Source: Thraustochytrium aureum
Taxonomy: Eukaryota
Assembly: GCA_012862495.1 (NCBI GenBank)
Contig: BLSG01000216.1
Location: 62,986-107,352 of the forward strand
DNA length: 44,367 nt
Direction of reading: 5' to 3'
Part shown: one piece after another, positions 11,292 through 21,045 of the stretch
Numbering within the stretch: position 1 is the stretch's first letter
Layout: every line of letters starts with the position of its first letter
Made by a program: the position numbers and the translations under genes
Notes under the pieces: generated by a model
What the model saw: the letters and a program-made list of their open reading frames with translations, nothing else
The model's database searches: none
What the model was told of the DNA's origin: nothing

Positions 11292-12396
11292 TCAGGCGTT
11301 GAACGAGTCGCAACGGTGCACAAAGCCGGGCCTCTCGTGCGTGTACACTGGAACGGGTTTCACGTTACAGTTGGCGCTCGGGAAAGTATGCAGACGGTCG
11401 ATGGGGTACAGGTGAGGCGCAGTGCCTCCCATCGCGGCCCCAAAGTTGGCGGGTTGCCCTCCAGGTGCTGCCCAGTGGGGCGCCACTTTGGCACCAGCCG
11501 GCGGTACGAACGCAAAGCGCTTGCTGTACCCGCTGGACGCGACCTCCTCGCAATCGTCAATAGCCATATCGCCCGGGAACGGGTTGGTGGCCTCGTCGTC
11601 GTCGTCGTCGTCGTAATGTAGCTCGTCAACGCCGATAGGCGAGATAACATGGTCTCGCGGTGCGTTTGCTTCGGCGACAGAAATGGACATGGCGTTGGCA
11701 GGGACCGCGAGCACGCTCGGGCACATGCACTGGAAGATGTGGAGCATGCGCTCCTTGCACTCGAAAACGGCACACGAGGCGACGATGCCAAAGCGGGCGA
11801 CCGCCGCGTTCCACTCGCGGGGCGATACATTGGCCGTCTGGAACGCACAGAGGATGGCTGCGACACCCTGCACGCTGGGCGAGAAGCGGATGAACTCGTA
11901 CTCGGGGATGACAACGTCCAAAAAGGTGACTGCATCCTCGTGGATCACGCTGCGCGTTGCTGGGCAGGCGATGTACTGCGTGAGGTGGTTCATGATGGCT
12001 TGCGGCGTCACAGGGTTGAGCTTCCAGTCAATGACGCGCAGGAGCTCGAGCTCCATGAGCTTGATGTCGGATTCCAGGTAGGCGCCGTCAGCGAGGTCGC
12101 GCAGCTCGGCCATCCCGATCGGGTACGACTCGTGCAGCTTGGTGGCAACACAGATGGCGCCGATGCCCAGCAGCTGCATGATGCTCTTCTTCGTGCTCAC
12201 TTGGCTCAGGTACCTGTCCATAAAGTTGACAGCGACCGCGATCGTGTCCTGCGTGATGGAAAACTCCTCCTCAAACTCGAGCAGCCAGGAGGCCACCTCG
12301 AAGCGCCACTTGGCGTGCATCCCGTCGCGCTGCACGGCTGCGATGTAGTCTGGGCGCGGCATGCACTCGGTCTCCTTGCGCAGCATGATCTCGATC
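11292..12396 (-). CDS. Cyclin, D-type-like (5' end in the gap)
   Basis: Cyclin box WRFEVASWLLE..TIAVAVNFMDRYLS..MQLLGIGAICVATKLHE..MELELLRVIDWKLNPVTP, and Cyclin_C-like EYEFIRFSPSVQGVAAI. The N-terminal 126 aa of the listed ORF (beyond the gap) look non-coding. Confidence 0.9.
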
Positions 12397-13394
12397 NNNN
12401 NNNNNNNNNNNNNNNNNNNNNNNNNNNNNNNNNNNNNNNNNNNNNNNNNNNNNNNNNNNNNNNNNNNNNNNNNNNNNNNNNNNNNNNNNNNNNNNNNNNN
12501 NNNNNNNNNNNNNNNNNNNNNNNNNNNNNNNNNNNNNNNNNNNNNNNNNNNNNNNNNNNNNNNNNNNNNNNNNNNNNNNNNNNNNNNNNNNNNNNNNNNN
12601 NNNNNNNNNNNNNNNNNNNNNNNNNNNNNNNNNNNNNNNNNNNNNNNNNNNNNNNNNNNNNNNNNNNNNNNNNNNNNNNNNNNNNNNNNNNNNNNNNNNN
12701 NNNNNNNNNNNNNNNNNNNNNNNNNNNNNNNNNNNNNNNNNNNNNNNNNNNNNNNNNNNNNNNNNNNNNNNNNNNNNNNNNNNNNNNNNNNNNNNNNNNN
12801 NNNNNNNNNNNNNNNNNNNNNNNNNNNNNNNNNNNNNNNNNNNNNNNNNNNNNNNNNNNNNNNNNNNNNNNNNNNNNNNNNNNNNNNNNNNNNNNNNNNN
12901 NNNNNNNNNNNNNNNNNNNNNNNNNNNNNNNNNNNNNNNNNNNNNNNNNNNNNNNNNNNNNNNNNNNNNNNNNNNNNNNNNNNNNNNNNNNNNNNNNNNN
13001 NNNNNNNNNNNNNNNNNNNNNNNNNNNNNNNNNNNNNNNNNNNNNNNNNNNNNNNNNNNNNNNNNNNNNNNNNNNNNNNNNNNNNNNNNNNNNNNNNNNN
13101 NNNNNNNNNNNNNNNNNNNNNNNNNNNNNNNNNNNNNNNNNNNNNNNNNNNNNNNNNNNNNNNNNNNNNNNNNNNNNNNNNNNNNNNNNNNNNNNNNNNN
13201 NNNNNNNNNNNNNNNNNNNNNNNNNNNNNNNNNNNNNNNNNNNNNNNNNNNNNNNNNNNNNNNNNNNNNNNNNNNNNNNNNNNNNNNNNNNNNNNNNNNN
13301 NNNNNNNNNNNNNNNNNNNNNNNNNNNNNNNNNNNNNNNNNNNNNNNNNNNNNNNNNNNNNNNNNNNNNNNNNNNNNNNNNNNNNNNNNNNNNA

Positions 13395-13427
13395 TGGGTT
13401 TTGTTGGGTTTTGTTGGGGTTTTTGGG
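13395..13427. repeat. (TGGGTTTTGT)~3 tandem repeat at gap edge
   Basis: TGGGTTTTGT TGGGTTTTGT TGGGGTTTTT GGG. Confidence 0.7.
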
Positions 13428-14996
13428 CGCTCGGGTTGTGAGTGGAGAGGAGGGGAACGGCGGGGCAGGAGGGAAAGAGGCGCCGTGAGGGAGGGAGGAG
13501 GGAAGGGGCAGGGAGGGAGACAGGGCTCGGAGGGGCCGCTCGTTTCCGCTCTCAATCGCCCCGGGCGGCGGTGTCTCTGCCTTGTATGGGATGGGAGGGA
13601 GACAGGGTTCTTGAGCAGAGGCTTTCTTTCCCCCAAGGGTCTCGGCGGGCGAGAGGCGGGCGCTGCGGCTTTCCGCGCGTTCTTGACGCTGGATCGTGTC
13701 GCGGTTGAAGCAACGTGCCTCGAGGTGGCCTTGCGACACCTGCTTTCTCTGTGCTGGGGGTTCGATGTGCACGAGACGGCCCTGTGCGAGCTCCCTGGCT
13801 CAGCAGCTAGCTAGCTGGTCGGCCGTGCAGCACGGTTGGTGCTGGTGCGAGCGCGCGAGCGCTGTTTTCATGGCTGATGAGGAAGGTCCTGGAAGCAAGT
13901 TGGCAAGCAAGGAAGGAAAGAAGGAACTGCCGGCAACTGCCAGACGTTCGTGGAAAATCGCGCGCGCAATTGGGCTCGTGCGTCCAGAAACGCGAGGGCC
14001 ACGGGGAACACTCGGAGCCGTCGCGTCACGGAGATGATCTTGCCGCCAGCGCTGCGCTGGTCTCAGACATCGAGCGGACGCGCCAGCCGAACCACAGCGC
14101 CAAGGAAAACAAAAAAACTTATTCTCTGCTTGCACTGCTTGCAGAACAGATAAAAACGCGTCCCATGAGGCCCATTGTGCACAGCCACAGCCCGTGTCGT
14201 TGGCAAGACCCGCCCAGCCGACATCAACCCGTGCGGCTTGGTAAATGCCACCATCAAGGCATAGCTTGGACCAACGCCAACTCGGACGCCCCGAGGATGG
14301 AGAGGCGCTATTGGTGCGTTTCCACAAAAGAGAGACTGCCAAACAAATCGCGGCTTCTTTCCAACGAGCGCCAGAGCCTGGACCCGGCTTGCACCTTCCC
14401 TCACCTGCTGTGCCAGTGCGAAACGAACTGCCTGTGCAAGCAGTCTGTCTGTCGTGTGCCAGCCGCCGTTGGGGAGTCCTTTTCGCCAGGACAGTAGTTT
14501 CGGGACGCACCGTGCGAGTTACGCGGCATCCAGACGCAACAAGCTCAAGAGAAGAGGCTCGTCCCCGCAGGGCCTGCCTGCCTCCTTCTGCTTCAGCCAA
14601 GGCGGCCCGCTCAAGGGAGCGACGAAACAAGGAGCCCCCCTGGCTCGCTCACATACCTCGAGCTAGAGGAGTAGGCCAAGTCAATCCGAAGGCCGGTCAT
14701 GGCCCGAAGATCCGACCTGCGGCTGCAGGCAAGGAGACGCATGGCATCAGTACTGACGTGCGACGGTCGGCGTTGGGCGCCGAATAGCGTTGTAGGCGCA
14801 GCCAACCAACAACACCGCCAACTTCGAGGAGGCTCGCAGCGTCGCTCGTTCTCAAGTGCAAGGCGACTGGCGTGGTCGTTGCCAACTTGAAGGAGCGTTT
14901 GCGCCCATTGGTCAACTCCATTCCCACACGGCCAGACCAGACCGTTCAGGGCGCGCGGCCCGTGCCAACGACAGTGCCGTCGGCGAAGCCTGGCCA

Positions 14997-15039
14997 GACG
15001 GATGGACGGATGGATGGACGGACGGACGGACGGACGGAT
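14997..15039. repeat. Compound (GGAT/GGAC)n microsatellite
   Basis: GACGGATGGACGGATGGATGGACGGACGGACGGACGGACGGAT. Confidence 0.9.
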
Positions 15040-15269
15040 TCTGGCAGGGCTGGCGTGTGCATCCACCTGTCGGCGAGTCGCGTTGTCTGACTGGGCTGGG
15101 CAAGCATCGATCTGCCTCCGAGGCCTCGGAGTGTTGACCGCCTCGAGGCATCAGTGCGGCGCCTGGCACAGCGCGCAACTACGGATTCGGATTTCAATCA
15201 GCAAGGAAGGCTCGCGATGAGGCAGAGTGGGGTGCGCTGGGCAGCGGCATTCGCCGTTAGCCATCACCA

Positions 15270-15314
15270 AAGGAAGGAAGGAAGGAAGGAAGGAGAGAAG
15301 GAGAGAAGGAAGGA
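15270..15314. repeat. (AAGG)n polypurine tract
   Basis: AAGGAAGGAAGGAAGGAAGGAAGGAGAGAAGGAGAGAAGGAAGGA. Confidence 0.85.
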
Positions 15315-15965
15315 CACAACTGGGACGCACTGCCAGGGACGCGCGAAAGGGGACCGTCGGGGCGTACTTCTCCTTGAGAACTCGTACTCAGGCGCTTCTT
15401 TCACCTGCACATACTCGTACCAAGGAGGCTTGCCCGTACTCTGCTCTGCTGTCTGCTTTGCGAGAGCTTCGCAGTCGCGTCATCGGTTGGCTACAAACAA
15501 GGCGCCAGCGCAAGTGCGAACGAATCCGAGCTGGCGGCGGCGCATCCAAAAAGCCTCGAGCCCTCCGCGACGGGCCTTGCCTGCAGACGTTGATCGGCAC
15601 TGTGAAGGGTCCGCGTCGGCAGCTCTGGTTGCACAAGAAAGAACCAGCCTGAGCGCGAGGCTGCTGCCCAGTCGGGCCCGCATTGCAGACGATGGACGCG
15701 CGCGGCGCTGCGGTGTCCGTCCCTGGCGCACAAGATGAAACCGAAAGGCGAAGAGAGCTCACCTGTTCTCCTCGGATACACCCCACTTGGACTGGTGCCC
15801 CCATCGGCAGGCCAGGGCGTTCGTTGTCGAGCTGGCCGCGCCTTGCTCGCTGCGTCGAGCAAGCAAGCACGCCGGCAAACGAGCGAGCGCGGGCGCGTAG
15901 CGCTGCTCGGCTCGCTCGTTCGACGCGGTGGCCGCCGCGCCCGGCCTCGCGCTCGGCGCGCAAGG

Positions 15966-18900
15966 ATGCAACCCCCAACAGCCAACGTCGACGAAAACTC
16001 GCTCGGCTCGGACGCCGAGGCCAANNNNNNNNNNNNNNNNNNNNNNNNNNNNNNNNNNNNNNNNNNNNNNNNNNNNNNNNNNNNNNNNNNNNNNNNNNNN
16101 NNNNNNNNNNNNNNNNNNNNNNNNNNNNNNNNNNNNNNNNNNNNNNNNNNNNNNNNNNNNNNNNNNNNNNNNNNNNNNNNNNNNNNNNNNNNNNNNNNNN
16201 NNNNNNNNNNNNNNNNNNNNNNNNNNNGCAGCGTGCCCTTTGGCCTGCTGCTGGACAAGTTCGACCTCAAGGTCAGACGCGCGACGCTAAAACGCGGGAT
16301 TTGCATGTACTGTTTCTGGGTCGTGCTTCTTTTGCTCATGTCTTTCTCCATCTTCGGTGGCGTCGGAAGCGCGTTGACCGGTGTCTCTGGCCAGATCCAA
16401 ATCAGCGTGACCTCAAAGTCGCTCGACAGCTCCACGTCTCGTCGACTCAACTTTGCGAAACCAATTGCCGTACAGCTGCCAGGAGGACGCGTTGAGACCA
16501 ACGCGCCAACGTTGTCGCCGCAGACGCAGAGCAACGCGACGAACGCGCCAACGCTGGCTCCGCAGGCTAATATCACGAACGCGCCAACCCTATCTCCGCA
16601 GGCTACTTCGACCAACGCACCAACGCTTGCACCGCAGGCAAATGCGACCAACGCACCAACGCTTGCACCGCAGAGCAGCGCCACTGCAGCGCCAGTGCAA
16701 TCCTCGCAAGCTCCGAGTGTCTCGCCAACGGTGTCACCTGTGCCGTTGGCGCGACGGCGCCTGCTGCGATCGGGCACCGCGACAGAGCTTCTAGCCATGC
16801 AGATCGAACGCGGACGCGCCGCCGTCGAGGCGGCTGTGGAAGCGGCCGCGAGCTGCAAAGCAACCGAGGTCCTGCCCGCCCGCGGAATCGTCCTGCGGCG
16901 GGCGTTGCTGCTCCCACTCGAGCTGTTCAACGTGGAATCGCACCTGAGCTTCCTCAACAACGTGTTCCTGTTCGACCTGTGCCAGCCCGGCAGTCGCCAC
17001 GGGTTCTGCCTGGCGCGCGGCCGAGCTAGACAACAGCGAAGCTCCGTGTTCGATGGCACAGAAGCAGCGGAGGGCGACTCGTGTCTCGCCCTCGGCGCAA
17101 ACGCTGCGCCGAGCAGATTCCCAGACACGAACTGGATGTGCCAAAACGTCTCGGTTGCCTTGGACCGCTTGTGTTTTGCGGGCTTTACTGACGCCCAACC
17201 CTCCGCCAACCTCCTGAATGCGTTTTGGGTCGATCAAGTCGTCGAGCGCAAGCTCGGGCTCCTCCACCAAGACTTCACGGAGTGCTTGCGAGACGAGTGG
17301 GCTGGGGTCCCGGGCTGCTTTCTCTCCCAGCTGGACTGGGCCGCAGCCGCCATCGACCTCGGCTTGACCTCAGAGGCGTTTGCTGAGCGATACCGAAACC
17401 TGCAGGTTTTGACTTCTGCAAACAGCGCGACCGAGGCTGTTGTGGAAGCCAGTGGCGAGCCCGAGTCGGCCTTTGGGTGGATCGACTCCAACTCGCGGGC
17501 CACTGTGGCGGAGGTCGTGCGAATTAACGACGCCACGCAGACCGTGGCTGTGATCAAGATCGAGTCTCAAAACACACTCGCCGGCCGGCAGCTTTCCCGC
17601 CGCAGCATATTGGTTGGGTCGGCAGTCTCGCTCCCGAGCTCGTTCAATGGCACTTCTGGCCGAGGCATCGGCTCAATCATCCTCATGATCCTGCTCATCG
17701 CCTACATCCTGATCGACCTGGTTGCGCCCATCGTACACGTATGCTTCAACCGGACGACTGGGGTGCGCACGGGGCTTCGCCACCTCTTCACCTATACGTT
17801 CTCCGTCTGGGACCTCTTTGACCTCATCCTCCTCGCGGTCTACGTCAGCGTGCTCGTCGTGATCGTGAAAGTGTCCAACATCACTGGCTCCGGCTCGTTT
17901 GGCTCGCGCATGTTCAACAACTCCATTTGCGAAACGGAAAGGGCGATTGTGAGCATCAACCGCGCCAACCAGCTGATCGGCGTCATGCTCTTTCTCGTCA
18001 TTGTGCGCGTCCTTAAGTACATCAGCCTCATCCCTCGCCTCGAGCTCATGTGGACGGCGATTGGCAAAGGGTTCCTCTACTACGTCCCGGTCCTCGTGAT
18101 CCTGATCATGCTCTGGCTCGTGTTTGCCTTTGCGAACCTCATCGTGTTGCACAGCACTCGAAAGGAGTTTTCCGACTTTTACAACGCGCTCCTCGCGATC
18201 ATCATCTTCTACGCCGACTCTGGCAGCGCGGCGTGGAACGCCATCATGGTCGTCGACAACGCCTCGGCGAGCACCAAGTCGAACCCGGGCAACTTGGACA
18301 GTATCTACTTTGTCGAGTTCTACCCGCTCATGTACATTTTCCGGTTCTTCGTGGTCATCCCTTTCACTGCCATGTCGATCTCAGCCTTCTACTACGCAGT
18401 CGTCTTCACGTCCTCCGAGTTCGAGAGCAAGCAGGAAGTGCACGACGCGGAGCAGGCTGCCTCTCAGGTCCAGGCCACACTGACGCAGCTGCGAAGCGAA
18501 AAGCCCCACGTCAACGCGTTAACGGGCCACGAGACCCACCTCGCCTCCGTACTCTCCTACACGGGTTCGCGTCGAGCTGCACACAGCGCCCGCGAGGCCT
18601 CCTCCGGGGAAAACGCTGGGTCCGCACGTACTATGCCGCAGACAATTGCGGCGGGAGCGCATCGCGTAAAGCAAGCGTGCGCCTCCGGGCTGCGTAGTAC
18701 GCGCTTCTTTTTCTGCGGCGACGCTTCTGCGGCGACCGAGCCAGAGCCTGCGGAGCGGCTTTCAAGCAACTTCACGCAAGGCGCAAGCGGAGCCGTTGGT
18801 TCTGCGAGCGCGCATGTCCGCCTTGCGGCGCAGTCGGCTGGCCTTCGCTACAGCCGCAGGATACCAGACAAGCAGGTGCTGTACCAGCTGCAGGTTTTCG

Positions 18901-19364
18901 CGTCGCGCCCGGAAAACCGCTTCAAGACCTTCATCTCGCACGACGAGATCGAGCGCGTCGTTCCAAGCATCGACCGAGAGCAGACGCTCGAGGTCATGGC
19001 CGTGGTCGGCCAAGGCAACGTGTACCGCAACTCGGTCAAGCGCAAGTATGACGCTGAGCTGCTCGCGAAGCGTGCGCGGGGCGAGAAGCTCGTCGTGCCG
19101 AATGCCTTGGAGATCGCGCAGGAGGAAAACCGCCGCCGCCCCGTGGCCCTCGAGCAATGGCACGAGGAACAGTCAGGCGCAAACGACATTCGTGCAATCA
19201 CTGACCGGGTGGAAAAGCTCTCGGACAATGCCTCGATCGCGCTCAGCATTCTTCTCCACGAATACGCCAAGATTGAGCAGGAGCAGGACGCGACGCTGCG
19301 AACCCTTGAGGAATCGCTCGCTGCTGTCCGCCGAGTCCGCGACCGGGCCTATGTTGTAGCATAG
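15966..19364 (+). CDS. Divergent polycystin-2/TRPP-like six-TM cation channel (start uncertain, gap near the N-terminus)
   Basis: TM1 (GICMYCFWVVLLLLMSF), a large extracellular loop, then five more TMs with TRPP-like SVWDLFD, LFLVIVRVLKYISLIPRLELMWTAI and FAFANLIVLHSTRKEFSDFYNAL. The cytosolic tail has an EF-hand-like FISHDEIERV and a terminal coiled coil. No frameshift from 16228 to 19364. Confidence 0.78.
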   Translation: MQPPTANVDENSLGSDAEAXXXXXXXXXXXXXXXXXXXXXXXXXXXXXXXXXXXXXXXXXXXXXXXXXXXXXXXXXXXXXXXXXXXXXSVPFGLLLDKFDLKVRRATLKRGICMYCFWVVLLLLMSFSIFGGVGSALTGVSGQIQISVTSKSLDSSTSRRLNFAKPIAVQLPGGRVETNAPTLSPQTQSNATNAPTLAPQANITNAPTLSPQATSTNAPTLAPQANATNAPTLAPQSSATAAPVQSSQAPSVSPTVSPVPLARRRLLRSGTATELLAMQIERGRAAVEAAVEAAASCKATEVLPARGIVLRRALLLPLELFNVESHLSFLNNVFLFDLCQPGSRHGFCLARGRARQQRSSVFDGTEAAEGDSCLALGANAAPSRFPDTNWMCQNVSVALDRLCFAGFTDAQPSANLLNAFWVDQVVERKLGLLHQDFTECLRDEWAGVPGCFLSQLDWAAAAIDLGLTSEAFAERYRNLQVLTSANSATEAVVEASGEPESAFGWIDSNSRATVAEVVRINDATQTVAVIKIESQNTLAGRQLSRRSILVGSAVSLPSSFNGTSGRGIGSIILMILLIAYILIDLVAPIVHVCFNRTTGVRTGLRHLFTYTFSVWDLFDLILLAVYVSVLVVIVKVSNITGSGSFGSRMFNNSICETERAIVSINRANQLIGVMLFLVIVRVLKYISLIPRLELMWTAIGKGFLYYVPVLVILIMLWLVFAFANLIVLHSTRKEFSDFYNALLAIIIFYADSGSAAWNAIMVVDNASASTKSNPGNLDSIYFVEFYPLMYIFRFFVVIPFTAMSISAFYYAVVFTSSEFESKQEVHDAEQAASQVQATLTQLRSEKPHVNALTGHETHLASVLSYTGSRRAAHSAREASSGENAGSARTMPQTIAAGAHRVKQACASGLRSTRFFFCGDASAATEPEPAERLSSNFTQGASGAVGSASAHVRLAAQSAGLRYSRRIPDKQVLYQLQVFASRPENRFKTFISHDEIERVVPSIDREQTLEVMAVVGQGNVYRNSVKRKYDAELLAKRARGEKLVVPNALEIAQEENRRRPVALEQWHEEQSGANDIRAITDRVEKLSDNASIALSILLHEYAKIEQEQDATLRTLEESLAAVRRVRDRAYVVA
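16497..16682 (+). repeat. Coding tandem repeat, 5 x TNAPTL(S/A)PQxxx (36-nt unit, first unit 42 nt)
   Basis: TNAPTLSPQTQSNA / TNAPTLAPQANI / TNAPTLSPQATS / TNAPTLAPQANA / TNAPTLAPQSSA. Copies differ mostly at synonymous positions. Confidence 0.92.
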
Positions 19365-19906
19365 CCCAGTGCCTGTGCGCGTGTTGCACAGTCCAGCGCT
19401 GATTGCTGCTAGTCCGGGATGCTGGCACTCGATAGCTTTGGGACGCGAGCGAGCAAGAGCGGCAAAGAAGGTCGCCAACAAGGCGTCTGTGCATCGTCTC
19501 GAAAGAGCTGCAAGTCCTTCACTCGGAAAGGAATCCGGGGAATAATTTAGTATGAATGTCCTCGGCGAGCCCGATGCCCAGGCTGGGCGCCGAGCGCGGC
19601 ATCAAGATGCTGTTTTTTAACTTTTAAAGAATTGCGATTTCGAACCGAGTCGAAACAGCAACCGCAACACCAGAAAACCACGCTACGACGGCCACTAGGG
19701 CGCGACGGGGTGCTAATCAAAGCCCGCACGCACCGGCAACCCATACAGACGCGAACCGACCCTTGCACCAAAGAGTGCGGCCAGGGCCGTCTCGCGCCTC
19801 ACAGGCGCCGAAGCAACTCCCACCCGCTCATGTCCTGCACCAAGCCACTGAAGAAGCGGATGGCACGCGGCACGAGCAAGCCGGCGAAGCAACGCCGCGG
19901 TGGCGC

Positions 19907-20359
19907 CTACAGGCGGCGACCGCGCTTACCGCCCTTCCTGCGGGTGCTGTCGTGCGGGATCGGGGTCACGTCCTCGATGCGGCCGATGGTCATGCCAGCA
20001 CGGGCGAGCGCGCGGAGGGCAGCCTGGGCGCCGGGGCCCGGGGTCTTGGTGTTGCTACCACCAGTGGCGCGAAGCTTGATGTGGAGGGCAGTGACGCCGA
20101 GCTCCTTCAGGCGGATGGCGACATCCTGCGCGGCAAGCATCGCAGCGTACGGCGACGACTCGTCGCGGTCAGCCTTGACCTTCATGCCACCAGTGACGCG
20201 GACGAGCGTTTCGCGGCCCGAGATATCGGTGATGTGCACGAACGTGTCGTTGAAGCTGGCAAAGATGTGCGCCACAGCGAACACATGCTCGTCCTCCTTG
20301 GTCTTGGGGCCGAGGGTCGTCTTCTCCTCGCCCACCGTCTCGCCGCGCTTCTCAACCAT
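19907..20359 (-). CDS. RPS14: 40S ribosomal protein S14 (uS11)
   Basis: [68 protein letters not shown] and the invariant end [11 protein letters not shown]; 150 aa, intact. Confidence 0.99.
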   Translation of the reverse strand: MVEKRGETVGEEKTTLGPKTKEDEHVFAVAHIFASFNDTFVHITDISGRETLVRVTGGMKVKADRDESSPYAAMLAAQDVAIRLKELGVTALHIKLRATGGSNTKTPGPGAQAALRALARAGMTIGRIEDVTPIPHDSTRRKGGKRGRRL

Positions 20360-20360
20360 C

Positions 20361-20410
20361 CTGCCTATTCACCTCCTGTCCTGCCTCAACCAACAACCTC
20401 TCGCGCTCAC
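20361..20410 (-). other. Candidate 50-nt 5'-UTR intron of RPS14
   Basis: Minus strand reads CTGC|GTGAGC...GAATAGGCAG|G ATG: a GT-AG pair ending 1 nt before the start codon. No transcript evidence. Confidence 0.35.
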
Positions 20411-21045
20411 GCAGCTCAAGCTCGGTGTCTGCCCAACTTCGATCGACCCATCCCCGCCAACCACGCAACGCGCCCCGCGCCCACGCGCAGAGATCTCCCA
20501 TCCTCGACAAACCCTCTGCGGCATCGACGCCTGACCGCCCTCCTTCCGATCCACCTCACCCAGCCACCCATCCCAAACCCTAGCCCGTGTCCGCCCCACT
20601 AGTGCTGCCCTCTACCCCTCGCAACTTGGTCTACCGGCGCGGCCTAAACCTAAAAAGAATAGATGAATCGTTTTATGCCGGCTTCAGCACCGTTTTTGCC
20701 AGACACATTGCGCGTTTATCGGGTAAACATTTAGTTTAATGTTTAGTAAATATATTATGTTTTGTAAAATAGGTTGTGCCGCCCAGTTTGACTTGTACGT
20801 TTTTCCCTCTTTAGGGGGTATAGGGTATACTCCCCACTGTGTCCGCCGCTGTCAACGGATAGGCGGCAGGCAGGCGGGCAGAAACCAGGAAGGCAGGTCG
20901 GCAGGCAAGCGCGAGTCGATTGGGGCGGGCGGCGGCACGCAGGCAGCTTCTGAGCGGCGATCGTGCGCGCAAGGTCCTCGCTGCGCTGTGTGTGCGTGGG
21001 CTCGGCAGGGCTGGCTGCCTGTCGGGGGGAGTCCGCGATCGGAGG
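20411..21045. promoter_or_regulatory. Divergent promoter region RPS14/CFAP251 with an AT-rich core (~20645-20830)
   Basis: Head-to-head ATGs at 20359 and 21046. Contains the most AT-rich stretch of the window, and AAACCCTAG at 20575-20583. Confidence 0.6.

Noticed and set aside
13395..13427. GGGTTTT repeats as an interstitial telomere
   Set aside because: Only three imperfect 10-nt units that do not match a standard telomere unit.
16497..16682. 36-nt periodic repeat as a CRISPR array
   Set aside because: No unique spacers; it is an in-frame peptide repeat with synonymous variation, and there are no cas genes.
19907..19909. Stop-codon reassignment suggested by the TAG at 1388-1390
   Set aside because: RPS14 ends with TAG right after the invariant GRRL, and other genes end in TGA or TAG at expected positions, so the code is standard.
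20723..20752. Forkhead (FOXJ1-like) sites GTAAACA/GTAAATA upstream of CFAP251
   Set aside because: Short AT-rich matches inside an AT-rich island, with no evidence that this lineage has such a factor.
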